Positions 34,451 through 46,940 of a DNA stretch of 64,000 nt are shown here, piece after piece (within the stretch, counting starts at the first letter, position 1; each line of letters starts with the position of its first letter). The notes beneath the pieces are model-generated. The model had not been told where the DNA came from, made no database searches, and worked only from the letters and a program-made list of their open reading frames with translations. The stretch covers positions 2,542,001-2,606,000 of the forward strand of contig NC_058368.1 of the NCBI RefSeq assembly GCF_018350175.1, written 5' to 3'. This stretch comes from Felis catus (taxonomy: Eukaryota). Both the position numbers and the translations under genes were made by a program.

Positions 34451-37400
34451 TGTTCTTTTCACGCACCAGCCAATTCCATTGTCTTGAGGGGGGAGCCGAG
34501 GCACCCTTTCATCCTCTTTTACCTAGATCTTAGCATATTACCCACCTTCACTCATGGCTACGTTCAGCAAAGGACCTTCCTCATAACTTCGTAGCGCTGT
34601 TCAGTTCAACAGCGACATCTTGCTCTAAGGGTGCGTTGAAATGGTTAAAAAAAAAAAAACCACTAAAGTTTTGAGGTGAAAAATCACTCGTTTTGAGTCT
34701 CTTCTTATTTAATACACAAAAGGTCTTTGCTTTGTCCCAGTTACACTAACATCTCAGTTATTTCCGAAAATTACGCGCCATGAATAATACCCACATTACC
34801 GCCATGAAAAATAAAAACGATCTGTGTGAATGCGACCAATCCATGAGTGGACTGGGTTTATTTCATTATAATCTCGCAGCATAGGTCAGAATACCCAATC
34901 CTGTCTTGTGAGAGGGAAGACGAAGGCAAAGGCATGACCCTCCTCATACAATATGTAGCGCACGGTGGGTACTTAGTTCGTATTTGAGTGGATGAGCAGT
35001 ATTCTCAACGGCAAAGTGGTAGATAACTCTGTCCTCTCCCACCTACCCTACGTCCGCTGGCTTTGAGGTGATGAAGGGAGAGCTCAGGAGTCCACGTTTG
35101 CAAAATCTCCCTATTTCTATCACTCTCTTTTCCCTTCGGGGGATCGACGACTGGCAGAATAAGACCTAGTATTTCTTTAGCGCTTACTCTGCGCCGGTTA
35201 CCGTGATACATGCCTTGATCTGCACTCACTCTTTTTATTTTCGAGACAATGCCTTTTGGTTTGTATTCTTAGTGTCTCCGTTTTACACAGGAGGAACAGA
35301 CAGCCTGAGGGGCTGGAGGATTTTGCCCAAGACCACTCAGGAAGCGACTGAACTGGTATCAGATTCACCCTCACCCACGTCCCTGCGTGCCTGCTACGGA
35401 GTCCGCTGTCCTATCAGTGGCCAGAACCAACCAGCGTAATTATCAGTCGGTTCTCCTTCTGAGGCAACTCGGGGTCCTGGTGAGCCCGCCTCGTGTCAGA
35501 CCCAAGAGTCGCTTCTCCTGTGGCCTGGCTGGACCTCTTTTGGGGAGATGACTCTTCGCTTCCATTTTCAAAATAGGGGAGTTCGAACCAAGGATGGATC
35601 CTGATTTCTGGGCCCTGAACCAGGGAGCACAGTCCAACAAAGGATGGTCCTCCGAACTGTGCCATTTCTTCCGTGGAACGTTTTGCCAGGGAACCACCGT
35701 GAAAACCTATTTGCTTCTGTAGTGAACGAGTTTTGCTGTTCAAAAGAACAGAGTGCCGACGCAAAATTGAGATCACCCTGGAAAATCCGGGGGAGCCTGC
35801 TCGCTTCCAGGGCCCTCCCGTCGCTGTAATTGTGAGAGTCGTTTTGTCAGGTTGGGTTGGGCACAGGCTGCTGTATGGCTCCGACATGCAGATGGCTTCT
35901 CCTTTGGGAAGGGGCAGCGCTCCGTCAGGGACCCCTCGTGCTAACAAGAAACATAAGGTGGGGATGGGCAGGGGGCTTAACAAGGTATTTATCACGGCGA
36001 TTGTGCCCAGGGGTTGCTCACGGTGATTGCTTCATAAATTTTAGCAATCTTCCCTCCTCTGATTTATGTGGCTTTTCTAAAGGGCATTGTTCGGCAGTAC
36101 ATTAATGCGGATGCTAAATATAGCTGGGAGGAGCCCAGTGCTGATGATCCAGTGCCCGCTGGAAGGCAGGCATCTGCCAGTCAATAACCTACTTTTGTTC
36201 CCGTCTTTCCTGCTAGAATATATCATGCCGTAGAGGCTATTTATATCTGGAAAACATTCTGGAAGTTGTTAGAAATCCTTCCTGCCGCAGCACGCTGCCC
36301 TCCCAGGAACTGCTGAAGGGTAAATGTGCAGCCAGGCGTTCCTCCCAGCAGCGCCTGGACTGAGTGACCTTCATGGGCTCCATCCTTCCTTTGCAAACAA
36401 AAACACCAACTTGGAATTTTAATTAAAAGGCAGCGAGTGGGCTATGAAGCTCACGGCGTTGGCTGAACTGCTGGTAATCGCAGTGTGCATTTGAGGTCAC
36501 CCTTGCGGAGCCTGTAACGTGAACTTATCAGGGACAACGCATCGGCCGAATTTATCTCCAGCTTCGCCAGGAGGCAGAGGCTCAGAAGAAGAACTTTCTG
36601 GTGCATGAAACAGTGCAGTTAAGAACATGGGGAGTTCTGTTAGACCGTGCCAGCCGCTGTCCCAAAGCCAGGGAGAGGGGGCTACACAGATCACGTCCTT
36701 TTGGTGGGGACCATGTGGAACCTATTGGTTGAAGCCCGCAGCACCGGTCACCCAAATGGGGACAGACGAAATAGCTCTGATTGGCGATGCGGCGAGGCTC
36801 TCAGAGCCCTAGCGGTTCAGCTGGCCCATAAAACGAATTAAGTCTGCCTGAGTGGGTTGTTTTGCATTGAAAAAGTTATTTAAAGCCTTTTAAAAATAGC
36901 ATTATTGGAGGCTGTTATTGGTTTGCATTACTTTGTCAGAAGGCACACACTTGTTTATTGCAAGGTCTGATTCCCAGATTTAAAACCACCTCTAAATAAA
37001 AGGATCATCCCTATCTTCAGACATTGGCCACCTTGAGTGGTCATGGTGCCTGGCCTCTGGAGCCCCGATGTGGGGGGCGGGAGGCTCCCAGCCTAGGTCA
37101 CCAGTGGGATCCCCGGGGAGCTTTCGGAACAAGCACGTTCCTGGGTTGGCCAACATACTCTTCGGCGAGTCCGGATCCGGGTTTTAAGGGGTTTCCAGAA
37201 GATTTTGATGATTGAGATCCTTAGGGAGCTCTCGGCCAGGGAGTTTTGGAAGTCCAGTCTAGTCACGGGCTAAAAGTAAAAACAAGAGGAAGGAAAGGGG
37301 AGACTCAGATGAGTCCACCGGGACGATCTCCCGCTCCTCTCGTGGGGATATCGGGAACGTCCAGCAACCAGGTCGGCTTCTGCTGCAAGGGGCTTACTCT

Positions 37401-37899
37401 GTGCCCGGCCGTGATAGTGCTCCGCACCTTGTATCCCTTAGTCCCAACCATTGTTGAGCAGATGGCAGTGTGCCCATTTTACAGACGGGGAGGTGGAGGC
37501 ACGGAGTCATAAGTCCTCGCAGTAGAAGGTGATGGAGACATTGGCTTGGCCCCCGCTGCCCACCCTGCCTCAGTTTCCTCTCAGACTGTGACGGACCAAC
37601 CTGACCCCACGCAGCCACGCTTCCTTCGCCACCTGCAGCCACAGAACTGAACCCCCCTACTTCTACGGCTGAGCGTTGGCGGGGGGGGAAGCCAGGGCCC
37701 CCCCACATCCCAGTCCTCTGCTGCTCATAGCATCAAGCCCCAAAGCTAACCCGAGGTTCCACACAAAGTTTGCCAGGCTCCCCAGTGACGTGGCCTGCTG
37801 TCCTACACGCTGTCTGACGGATCCCAGAACCCGGGGAGGGGGAAGGGGGCGGGGATTGTAGGGCTTCAAGGAGATGGGTGAGGTGTGGGATGGGAGAGG

Positions 37900-39330
37900 C
37901 CGGATTTGTAGGACTGGCCGATTTCTGTGGCGTACGTCCTCTCACGGCCTAACAACTGGCGTAGAAAGCTCCCGAACACCCGACCGCTGAAAATCGCGTG
38001 TCAACGATGAAGAGTGCGCCTGGTGTCTGTGACCAACGTCTGGGCCGGGCTGGCGCGTCCCTGCCTGGTCGTTGCCTCTCTCTGCCTCGTTTCCCACTCT
38101 CCTTTGGGGTGGCCTCCTCCACCACGCCTCCGATGCTCTGATGCCCCTCGGTGTGTCCCACGCAGTAGGTGCTTAGTAGACGTTACCTGAGGGAACGGAC
38201 CTGGCCTTCCGGGCCCAAGTCCCACTGCACGAACAGCTCACGCCACACGGTTCAGCCGGCCGCAGGGACCCCGCGAGCCTCTGGGCTCGAAGTCACCGTT
38301 TCAGCGGGTCCGGGGTCCGGGCGCCGGTCGCAGAAGCTGTTCCAGTGCACGACGGGTGGGCGCGGGCCAGGCGGGCAGAGGGCCCGTCCTCAGACGCCCC
38401 GAAGCTCAGGTCCTGTGACGCGGCCCCAGAGAAGGCCGCCGGGCCGCGGGGCGGCCAGAAGCGAGCAGAGGTGGAGGGTGGCTCTTGGCACTGACCTTCC
38501 GCGCAGAGCCAGTCTGGGGCAGGTTGACAAACGGGGCCAGGTGCTGAGAGGGCAGCCGCAGCTGTGCCCCGGGAGCAGCTTTGCCTTGTGCACCATGTGG
38601 AAGGCGTTGGGAGCCGGACGCTAGAATTTTCAAGGCCCTCCTCCCTCCCTCTCCACACCACGGCCAGGAGCCTCTTAGAAGAGGGAAAGAGCGACGCGGA
38701 TGTGGTCGTCTCTTACTTAACTGCTGTCTAGTAATATCCCCCCCCCCAGGGCTTACCATACTGTTCACCCCACGTCCGACTGCTCTCCGAGACTCATCCA
38801 ACTCTCTGGAGCCTCAGGCCTGTCCCTCCACCCTGCCGCCTCTCGGTCGGGCCCCCTGAGGCCTCCTCAGATCAGGCCACCATCTCTCTCTGGGCTCTTC
38901 CCGCCTCAGTTCTTGCACTCCTCGGATTCGCCCTTTATCCTCTGGGGCACTTTCTAGAAGGAGAATCTGCCCCTCGCCTGGAGGAAAGTGTCCGCTGTCT
39001 TCAGGGTGGAGGCCTCATTTCTTCGCGAGGCCTCTGGGCCCCGCTGGGATCTGGCCCAGGAACGTGCTTCCGTTTCCCCTCCCGCACATCCTGAGCTCCG
39101 GGCCCACCGCCTGCCCTGGGCTTCTACGCACCTGCCCTACTTGTCCCGCCCCGGCTGCCCCGGCCTCCTCGTTCGCTCGGCCGGCTGCTGCCTGGCCCCC
39201 TGGTCTCAGTTCCCCTTTATCTCTTTGCCTAAACTCATCCCCTGGGGCCTCCCCCTGCCCTGAGTTCCTCTGCGCTCCCTCACACATCCCGCTTCGGCAC
39301 CCCGGGGAGAAATGGTGACAGCTCCTTGTG
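37900..39330. promoter_or_regulatory. CpG-island-like GC-rich segment, partly overlying decayed L2
   Basis: Visibly dense CpG and GC content (e.g. 38260-38470), with no TSS or exon identified. Confidence 0.45.
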
Positions 39331-39427
39331 ACCCATGTACCCCGTTCACTCTGATGCCAGTGACTTATCAAAACGCCCAACCTGCGGCAGGCACACGCAA
39401 AAGATGCTTTGAAAGTGGATTTGCTCT

Positions 39428-39630
39428 GGGGCACCTGGGTGGTGCGGTTGGTTGAGCGTCTGACTTCGGCTCAGGTCGTGATCTCATGGTTTGTGAGTTC
39501 GAGCCCCACGTGGGGCTCTCTGCTGTCAGCGCGGAGCCCTCTTCGGATCCTCTGTGCCCCCCTCCTCTCTGCCCCTGCCCCGCTCGCACTCTCCCTCTCT
39601 CAAAAATAAATAATAGACATTAAAAACCCA
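39428..39630 (+). mobile_element. CAN-SINE
   Basis: Canonical head and tail; agtggattt flanks both sides. Confidence 0.93.
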
Positions 39631-40959
39631 AGCAAAACAGAGTGGATTTACTTAAATGGGTCATTCACCTCTTGCATGCGCCTTAATTATGGCAAATCAG
39701 AATTCAGGCTCCACAGCGCCCCCGAGGGATCGCTGGGCTGAGGGAAGGTGAGGGGCAGAGACACGACACGCGAAGCAAGCAGCGGGTAGCGTAGTGTGAC
39801 AAAATCACAAAGAATAATTGTGCTGCACATATGAGCGCACACGGCATTGGGTTACGGGCCCTAGAGGACAGAGAACACTCACACCTGATTTGCCTCGCAT
39901 ACCGCCCCGCACAGTGCCACGGACAGAAGAGAGCTTGAAAAACACCCAACAGCTCAGGAAGCTAGCCTGTGTCCGGTTTAACCCTGGCACCGAGCCTACT
40001 TCTCTGGCCATAATGCATCAGCCTCCACGGGCAACCTGATTTCAATACGGGGACGTTATTTTGCGCAAACATCAACCAGGGAAATAAACATCTGTGGTGT
40101 TGTGTAACCGGCTCATCTGGCCCCCAGGAGAAAGTGGGTCATTGAAATGTGGGTAGAAAACCGCCTAGGTGATGCCTTTGCTTGGGAAAAGACATGATTT
40201 AAGTCCTCTCTGTCGTTCTGATACCAGAGGCCATGGCACCATGACGTGGATGGCGATGTTAAAAGGACGAGACACAAGCCTTCTGGAAGACCTTGGCCCT
40301 TTGTCTGATGTGTCGGTTTTGATTTTTATGATTGATGATGCCGTGAGTCAACACAACAGCAACACCCACAGCAGCCCGTGTGGACGCTGTGCCGGGCGGC
40401 TGTTCGACTTCCATTCTATATACTTTTCTCAAACCGACCCATGTGGTTTTCGATAACAAACAAACCGACCCGAAGCCTTTGCCACTAACTCCGAGTTTCT
40501 TGATCACAGTTGGCAACTTTCTGTTTGTTTAACCCGGTGATGTGCTAACTGGATTCTACTGAGTTTGGGGAGAAGGGAGTCAAAAGCAACATTGTTATTT
40601 CATCTTAACGTGTGTGAGTAAATCATACTCCATTTCGTGGGACATTTAATACAACTCTTCAGAAAACAGCAGTTTTAAGTAGGCTACTGAGAGTGAAATG
40701 AACGCATACTCTAAAACTCAGCCATTCGTCTGCAGTCCTCAAGGAGGTACATTAGTGCTTTGGTTTGTCAAGAGCAGTGTCTTCCAAAACACACTTCGTA
40801 GCCTCGAGATCGTTTTGACTTGATTCATTGATACGAGGGGAAAACGTTGGTTCATAAATTTTTAGGTTTCCAGTTACAGAGTCGCATGGAAGAATAGTGC
40901 TAACAGCCAAAGCTGCAAAGCCAAGTTCCGTCAGGTACACGTTTGTCAAAAACAACCAT

Positions 40960-41175
40960 GGTAGAAATGCTATAGGAAAAATAAGTCACACGTATTAGAC
41001 ATTGATTATGTGACAAGAGCTCTCCGTGTATTATCTCATTTAATCCTATCGGGTAGTTACTATTTTTGTGCCCATTTTACAGACGAGGGAACTGAGGCTC
41101 ATGTACATCGCCTATGGTCACTTAGTAAGCGGCAGGGCCAGGAGTTGAATTAGGTGATTTGGCTCCAGAACTTGC
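40960..41175 (-). mobile_element. MIR SINE
   Basis: attatctcatttaatcct...cccattttacagacgagggaactgaggctc. Confidence 0.85.
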
Positions 41176-41637
41176 AAAAACAGTCACTCCCTGAAAGTGC
41201 CACCATGTACACAAACGAATGTGGGTCCATTTTAGTCTATAAAATAGGCAGACTTACACACCAAGATCCGTATTCTAGGTGACTCACGTGCTGAAAAAGG
41301 CTTCTCCTTCTGGTTTCAATTCTAAGGTAAAAATAAGATGTCTTTTATTTGTTCTGTGGATTTTTTCTGACCCTGTCTCCGGGAAGTAAGCTGGGTGGAG
41401 AACTGGTGGGTTGATCTGAAATATGGAGCCCATGGCACTTGTGTATGTTCCAGAGAGAGTTCCTTGTATTTCACCTCCTGCCCACATCTCCCTCTCCCTC
41501 CCCTCCCCATCCCCCAAGATCAAACCCCAGCACTTCAGGGTGCTAGGTAGCTATGGTGGACTTGTGTCTTAACAGGATCTGTCATCCAAGTTCCTAGATG
41601 CTCCACATTCCCAGCGCCATAAACTTACCTGGGAACA

Positions 41638-42085
41638 ATTGTGGGTTGGATTGTGTTCCCCAGAAAGCTATGTCCCTAACTCCTAACTTCTGGTACCTAT
41701 GGATGTGACTTGATTGGAGATGGGGTCCTTGCAGATGTAATCAAGTTAAAATGAGATCGAACTGGATTAGGGTGGGTGTGAGTGCTGACTGGTGTCCTTA
41801 CAAGAAATTTGGACACAGCTATCCAGGGGGAAAGCCCTCTGAAGACCCAGACGCACGGAGGAAAGAGGTCATGGGAAGACGGAGGCAGAGATTGGAAGAG
41901 CTTCTTCCCAGATGCTGGGAGAGAGGCCAGGCAGCGTCCTTCTCTTGCGCCTTCGGAGGGAGCATGGCCCTGCCAGCACGTTGATTTCAGGTTTCTAGAC
42001 TGCCGAACTGTGAGTCGGTAACTTTTTGCTGTGTTAAGTCCCCCAGTTTGTGGTATTTTGTCAAGGCAGGCTGAGAAGACTAGCC
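41638..42085 (+). mobile_element. MaLR solo LTR (MLT1C-like)
   Basis: ggggtccttgcagatgtaatcaagttaaaatgag...ggagggagcatggccctgccagcac...ccagtttgtggtattttgt. Confidence 0.9.
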
Positions 42086-43050
42086 TACGAATCTTGTTAA
42101 AATACAGATTCCTGAGCGACCCCCTCCCGCCCCCGCCACCGGTGTCAATTTTGAGCCACGGGTGGGGCTCGTGAAAGGGTTTTTTGTTATTTGTTTTTTT
42201 TTTTTAATAAAAATGCAGATGATGCTAATGTGGTGATGTGGACTTATGGGGTCGGACCAGCCTTTCAGCATCAAGACTCCAGAGCGTTTTGCAAGTTTAT
42301 TTAATAGAACAAAAAAGATGCTTATCACTGTAAATGATAAATAAAGAAAAAGACAAAAAGCCATGCTACCGGTTTTATAAGAGGAGGTGTAAAAGGAAAG
42401 TGAGACAGTGTTACAGATAAAGCCTTGCTATCTGCACACCTGTCTGGGCTCTGAGGCCGGCATTCAGGTTCACACCCTGTCTTATCTTTATTACCTTCTT
42501 TATCTTTAACATTCTCGAGTTGACCCACTGGGGGGGGGGGGGCGTTGTTTTGAACTGGGAGAGACAGAAATATCTTTACATAACTTCAAGCTTGCCTTCT
42601 GGGCTTCTACTCCCTCGGTCCACTCCGTAGCCGGAAGGGTCTCTCTTAATCCAAGATCGATGTTGCCTGACTCTGCTTAACCCCCTTCCACAGACCGTCC
42701 TCTTCAGGATCAAGGTCAAATGCTCTACCATGACATGGGGCTCTTTGCATCTGGAACCCTATTCATGCCTCCAGCCTGTATCCCCAGCTGCACCATGTGG
42801 CCATCTACCCTGTAGCTCGAACACTCTTGTCTATCCTCCCTCCGCCCCTGGCCGTCTTGCTGGTTTACCCTCCTGGGTTCCCCGAAGTCACTTCCCATGG
42901 GAAAGCTTCCCGAACCTCCAAGGCTGGGTAGGGCGCCCCTCCTCGGTGCCTCCAAAGAATCCCAGTTCACCCTCCTTGTGGCATGTGTCACACTGGCTGG
43001 ACGTTGCAGGCTTGCTTCTGGCCCTGCCCCCCCCCCCGCCCCGATCTGTG

Positions 43051-43339
43051 TGTTATGGAGTGATGGTGTCCTTTCCAAATTTCTAGGCTGAAATCCTAAT
43101 GTCCAAGGTCTTAGGAGGGGGGGCCTTTTCGAGGTGCCTAGGTCATGAGGGGCTCCCATGGGTCTCCATTGATCCCTCTGCCACGTGAGGACACAGCAAG
43201 AAGTCTGCGGCCTGGAGGAGGGCCCTTACGTGAGCGTGCCAGCATCCTGGTCTCAGACTTCCAGCTTCCAGAACCGTGAGTTGTTTAAAGCTGCGCAGCC
43301 TTTGGTGTTTTGTCGTAGCAGCCCGAGCAGATTGAGGCA
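43051..43339 (+). mobile_element. MaLR LTR (MLT1A-like)
   Basis: tgttatgg start, gaaatcctaa, gccacgtgaggacacagcaagaag, ccagcttccagaaccgtgag, ends gaggca. Confidence 0.85.
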
Positions 43340-43646
43340 AACCCTAACCCTGGATGTGACGCTGTTAAGAGATGGAGCTTCTTTAAGAGGCAGTTAGGTT
43401 TAGATGAGGTCGTGAGGATGGGCCCTCACGATGGCATTCGTGCTGGTGCCTTTATAAGGCGAGAGAGACCAGAGCTTTCTTTCCCCGCCATGTGACTTTC
43501 TGCAAGCCTGGAAGAGGGCTCTGGCTAGAACCTGACCTCGCTGGTACCCGATCTTGGATGTCCGATCCTCTAGAACTGTGAGAAACAATTCTTGTTCGAG
43601 CCATGCAGTCTGTGGTGGTTGTTCCAGGAGCCTGAGCTCGGACACC
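43340..43646 (+). mobile_element. Second MaLR LTR (MLT1A/B-like), 5'-truncated, abutting the first
   Basis: gatgaggtcgtgaggatgggccctc...gatcttgga...ctagaactgtgagaaacaa. Confidence 0.8.
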
Positions 43647-44268
43647 ATGGCTTCTGCAAGGATAGGGAACGTGTCCTACCCCAATGCCTGAGACATTGCC
43701 TGACACATGAGAGGTGCTCAGTGGGTGTTTTTTTGAGTTAATGGCAGCGACACATTCTCAGTTATACACTGAGTCCTCACTCCTGGCTCCCCGAGGCCAA
43801 TTTTCTGCTTTTCCTCTGCTCTTGTGGGTGGGCTTCTGAGCGATGTCGAGAAAGTCGCACAAGCTCACGTGATGACTGCATTCACCACCAGCCCCCACAT
43901 CCTAACTTCTGTGCTTCTCAAATTGGTCTCATCCATCCCTCATGGGCATCGGTGCCCTTCCTGACTCAGCAGTGCTCATGCTCTATGCCCCATTCTATCC
44001 CCATCACTCTCACAGAGAGGCTGGCTGCCCCAGGGGCCTCCATCAGCTCTCCTCTCTTCTTGCTGTCTCTCCCCTCCACGTCCGACCCCTCTCCCATTCC
44101 CTTTCTTGTGTCTCCTGTGGTCCCTTCTGTCACCTGGCTTTAGCCATAATCTCTTTAACTTTGACCTTTTCCTTTCCACAGACTCCTCCCTCTCCACTGA
44201 AAACATGCTTCTCTCTGATCCCTCCTAAAACTTATTTCACACAGTGCTTTCTTCTCAGATTTCCTCAA

Positions 44269-44345
44269 CATCCACCCATCCACCCATCCATCCATCCATC
44301 CATCCACCCATCCTTTGATCCATCCATCCATCCATCCATCCATCC
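44269..44345. repeat. (CATC/CACC)n microsatellite
   Basis: Imperfect tetramer array. Confidence 0.9.
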
Positions 44346-44379
44346 AGTTTTCTATCCATCAACCAATATGATATTTCAA

Positions 44380-45000
44380 ATACATAAATTAAGATCAGGT
44401 CACTCTACTGCTTAAAATCATACAGGAGCTTCCCAGGGCACTTACGAGAAAATCCAAATTCCTTTTTCCCCAGGCCTTGCAAGATGATGTTGGTATCGCA
44501 CCATCTGGTTCTTGCTTACTTCCCTGACCTTATCTCTTTCCATGCGTGCCTTTGCTCACAAGCTGCACTCACACTGGCCTTTGTTCTGTTCCTTTGACAT
44601 CTTCTCTTCAGGAAATACACACTTTTCTACTTGCTTGGGAACTGCTCCCAGACTCTGCATGGCTTTCTTCTTCTCATTCAGACCCTGGCTCAAACACCAC
44701 TTCCTCAGTGAGCCCTCCTTTGACCATGCAATCTAAATCAGCACCCAGACTTCACCCCAGCACTCTCAATAGCCAACTGGATCTCTTTCTTTTCTAGTAT
44801 TTATAGAAGGATAATACGACATTTTCTTTGTCATTAGTTTGTTTGAATGCGGCTTGTCTGTCCCCCAATGCTACCCTCATCACTAGAAAATAAGCTTTGT
44901 AAGAGTGAGGTCCTTGTCTGTCTTCCTCACCAACGTATCTTTGGGACCTGTGAAGTATCTAGCACACAGAGCAGTACATGCTGAATATTTGTTGAATGCA
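44380..45000 (+). mobile_element. L2 3' region
   Basis: cacttcctcagtgagccctcc...cactagaaaataagct...ctagcacacag...aatatttgttgaatg terminal motif. Confidence 0.85.
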
Positions 45001-45002
45001 TG

Positions 45003-45230
45003 CATTCACTCATTCAACAAATATTTATTGAAATCCTTCTGTGTATTATTTAAGTCTTGGATCTGTAGTGCCTAGGAGCTCACAGTCTAGTGGGTAGATA
45101 CATACATGTGCAATTATAATAATGTTGTAAGTGCCACAGTGAAGGCATGTATGACTCTGTAACAGAAGCCTCAGGGAGCCAGGCTCCCATTCCACCTTGG
45201 GGGTGTCAGAGAGGGCTTCTGTGGATGGAG
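45003..45230 (-). mobile_element. L2 3' end, tail-to-tail with the preceding L2
   Basis: cattcactcattcaacaaatatttattga...ggagctcacagtctagtggg. Confidence 0.85.
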
Positions 45231-45958
45231 AAATGGTAAAAAGGCTCAGATCCTTGATTCTACTCCCTCTTCTGAGTCATGAGACCCAGCCCCGCCTCCT
45301 ACCTCTGATGATTTCTGCCTCATTTCTGGGGCCCTTCCCTCACACTGAAGGCAGACGTTCGTAAGGTCCTTTCTATGTGATGGCCGTACACTTCATTTTA
45401 GGGCCATTGCACACATTGTCGGAGATTCAGTCATCAGCTCTGTGTGAGGAATTCCAAATACAAATCTTGAACTGGCATTTCCCCACATAATTAGTCCAGT
45501 ACCTCCAACAGCTTTTGAATTCTCTCTAGCTGGACAGACTCAGTATTTCTAAAACCGAACTGGTGTTCTCCTCCACCCCAAATCTGTTCTTTCTCTTTTG
45601 TTGCTAGTGCTTCTTCAAGCACCCAGGCTAGTGTCTTTGGAGTTAGTTAATATGGTTATTCCTTGATTCTCATGTCTCATATTCCATTAATTAAGAAGTT
45701 TTGGATTCTGCTTCCAAGATGTTCTCACATACGGTCCTTCCCATCTATTCTTGACTTTGGGCTTCCTTAACTATTCCTCATGATTACTGTATTAACTTCT
45801 TACTTTATTTTTTGACCTTTCTTTCTTCTCTAATCTATTCTTTACATTTGATCATAGTTATTTTCTGAAGGCAGACTGAAACATATATCCCTGTGTAAAA
45901 ACCTTCCTTATGAGATCGTTATGCGATCACTTAACTTTGCCAACATATACTCTGTACT

Positions 45959-45961
<3 letters not shown>

Positions 45962-45993
<32 letters not shown>

Positions 45994-46198
45994 GAAATGT
46001 TTATTTACTTTTGAGACAGCAAGAGACAGAGTGTGAACAGGGGAGGGGCAGAGAGAGAGGGAGACACAGAATCTGAAGCAGGGTCCAGGCTCTGAGCTGT
46101 CAGCACAGAGCCCGACACGGGGCTTGAACCCACGGACAATGAGATCATGACCTGAGCCGAAGTCGGACGCTTAACCAACTGAGCCACCCAGGTGCCCC
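45962..46198 (-). mobile_element. CAN-SINE with (TTTA)n tail
   Basis: TSD tctgtacttta at 45951-45961 and 46199-46209. Confidence 0.95.
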
Positions 46199-46519
46199 TC
46201 TGTACTTTAGCGTCATGCCCTTTCATTGGCCTAGACTCTCCCCTCTGTTGTTTCCATATGCTAAAACTATATCTGTCTTCAAGATTCATTTCAAATATCA
46301 TCTATTTGGTAAACCCTCCCTGATCTTACTGATTAAAGTTAGTCATTTCCTTCTCTGTGTGTCCTAAAACATTTTTTTTTCCTAATCACTTCTGGCATCT
46401 ATCTTATTGTAGCCATATCATATTTATTTACATACATTTTTATATTCTTTACTTTATGTTAAATCTCTTGAATGCAGGGACTGCATTTTTTTTTTTTTTT
46501 CATTTGGCGTTTTCCTTTG

Positions 46520-46940
46520 GTGTTGGTCTGTCTGGGGCCTCTGAGAAGCAGAGGCTAAGATTAGTTTTACAAGAATTTGTTAGGAACAATACTTGTGAGG
46601 GATGGGAGGGGTCTAGGATAGAAATGGGATCTGATTCTTAGGTCAAGGAGAGAGGGAAAGAAGGTAGGCTGAGTGGAACAATCTTAGTCTGCTGTGCAGT
46701 TCTGAGGGGGATTGGCGAGCCTATCTGGGATTCCGTCAGCTGAACTGGCCTGTCAGAAGAGTCCCATGTCTCACAGGAGCAAGCCTGCTTTAATATCCCT
46801 GCTAACTCAGTCATTGGATGGGAGCAGCCCATGGAAAGTGTGACTTTGTTGTGAACGCAGTGGTGGATTTTGTAGTTAGGGCTCTTGGTCGATTATGCTG
46901 TCCACAGGGATCTGAGAGTCTCATTTGGGTGGACTCCATA
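46520..46940 (-). mobile_element. ERVL solo LTR (LTR16-like)
   Basis: gggcctctgagaagcagaggctaagat...tgtcagaagagtccc...ctcagtcattggatgggagcagcccatggaaag. Confidence 0.7.

Noticed and set aside
35414..39434. 100-190 aa ORFs in the GC-rich region
   Set aside because: They overlap on both strands, have low-information Arg/Pro/Gly content, show no domain and often use non-ATG starts, as expected by chance at high GC.
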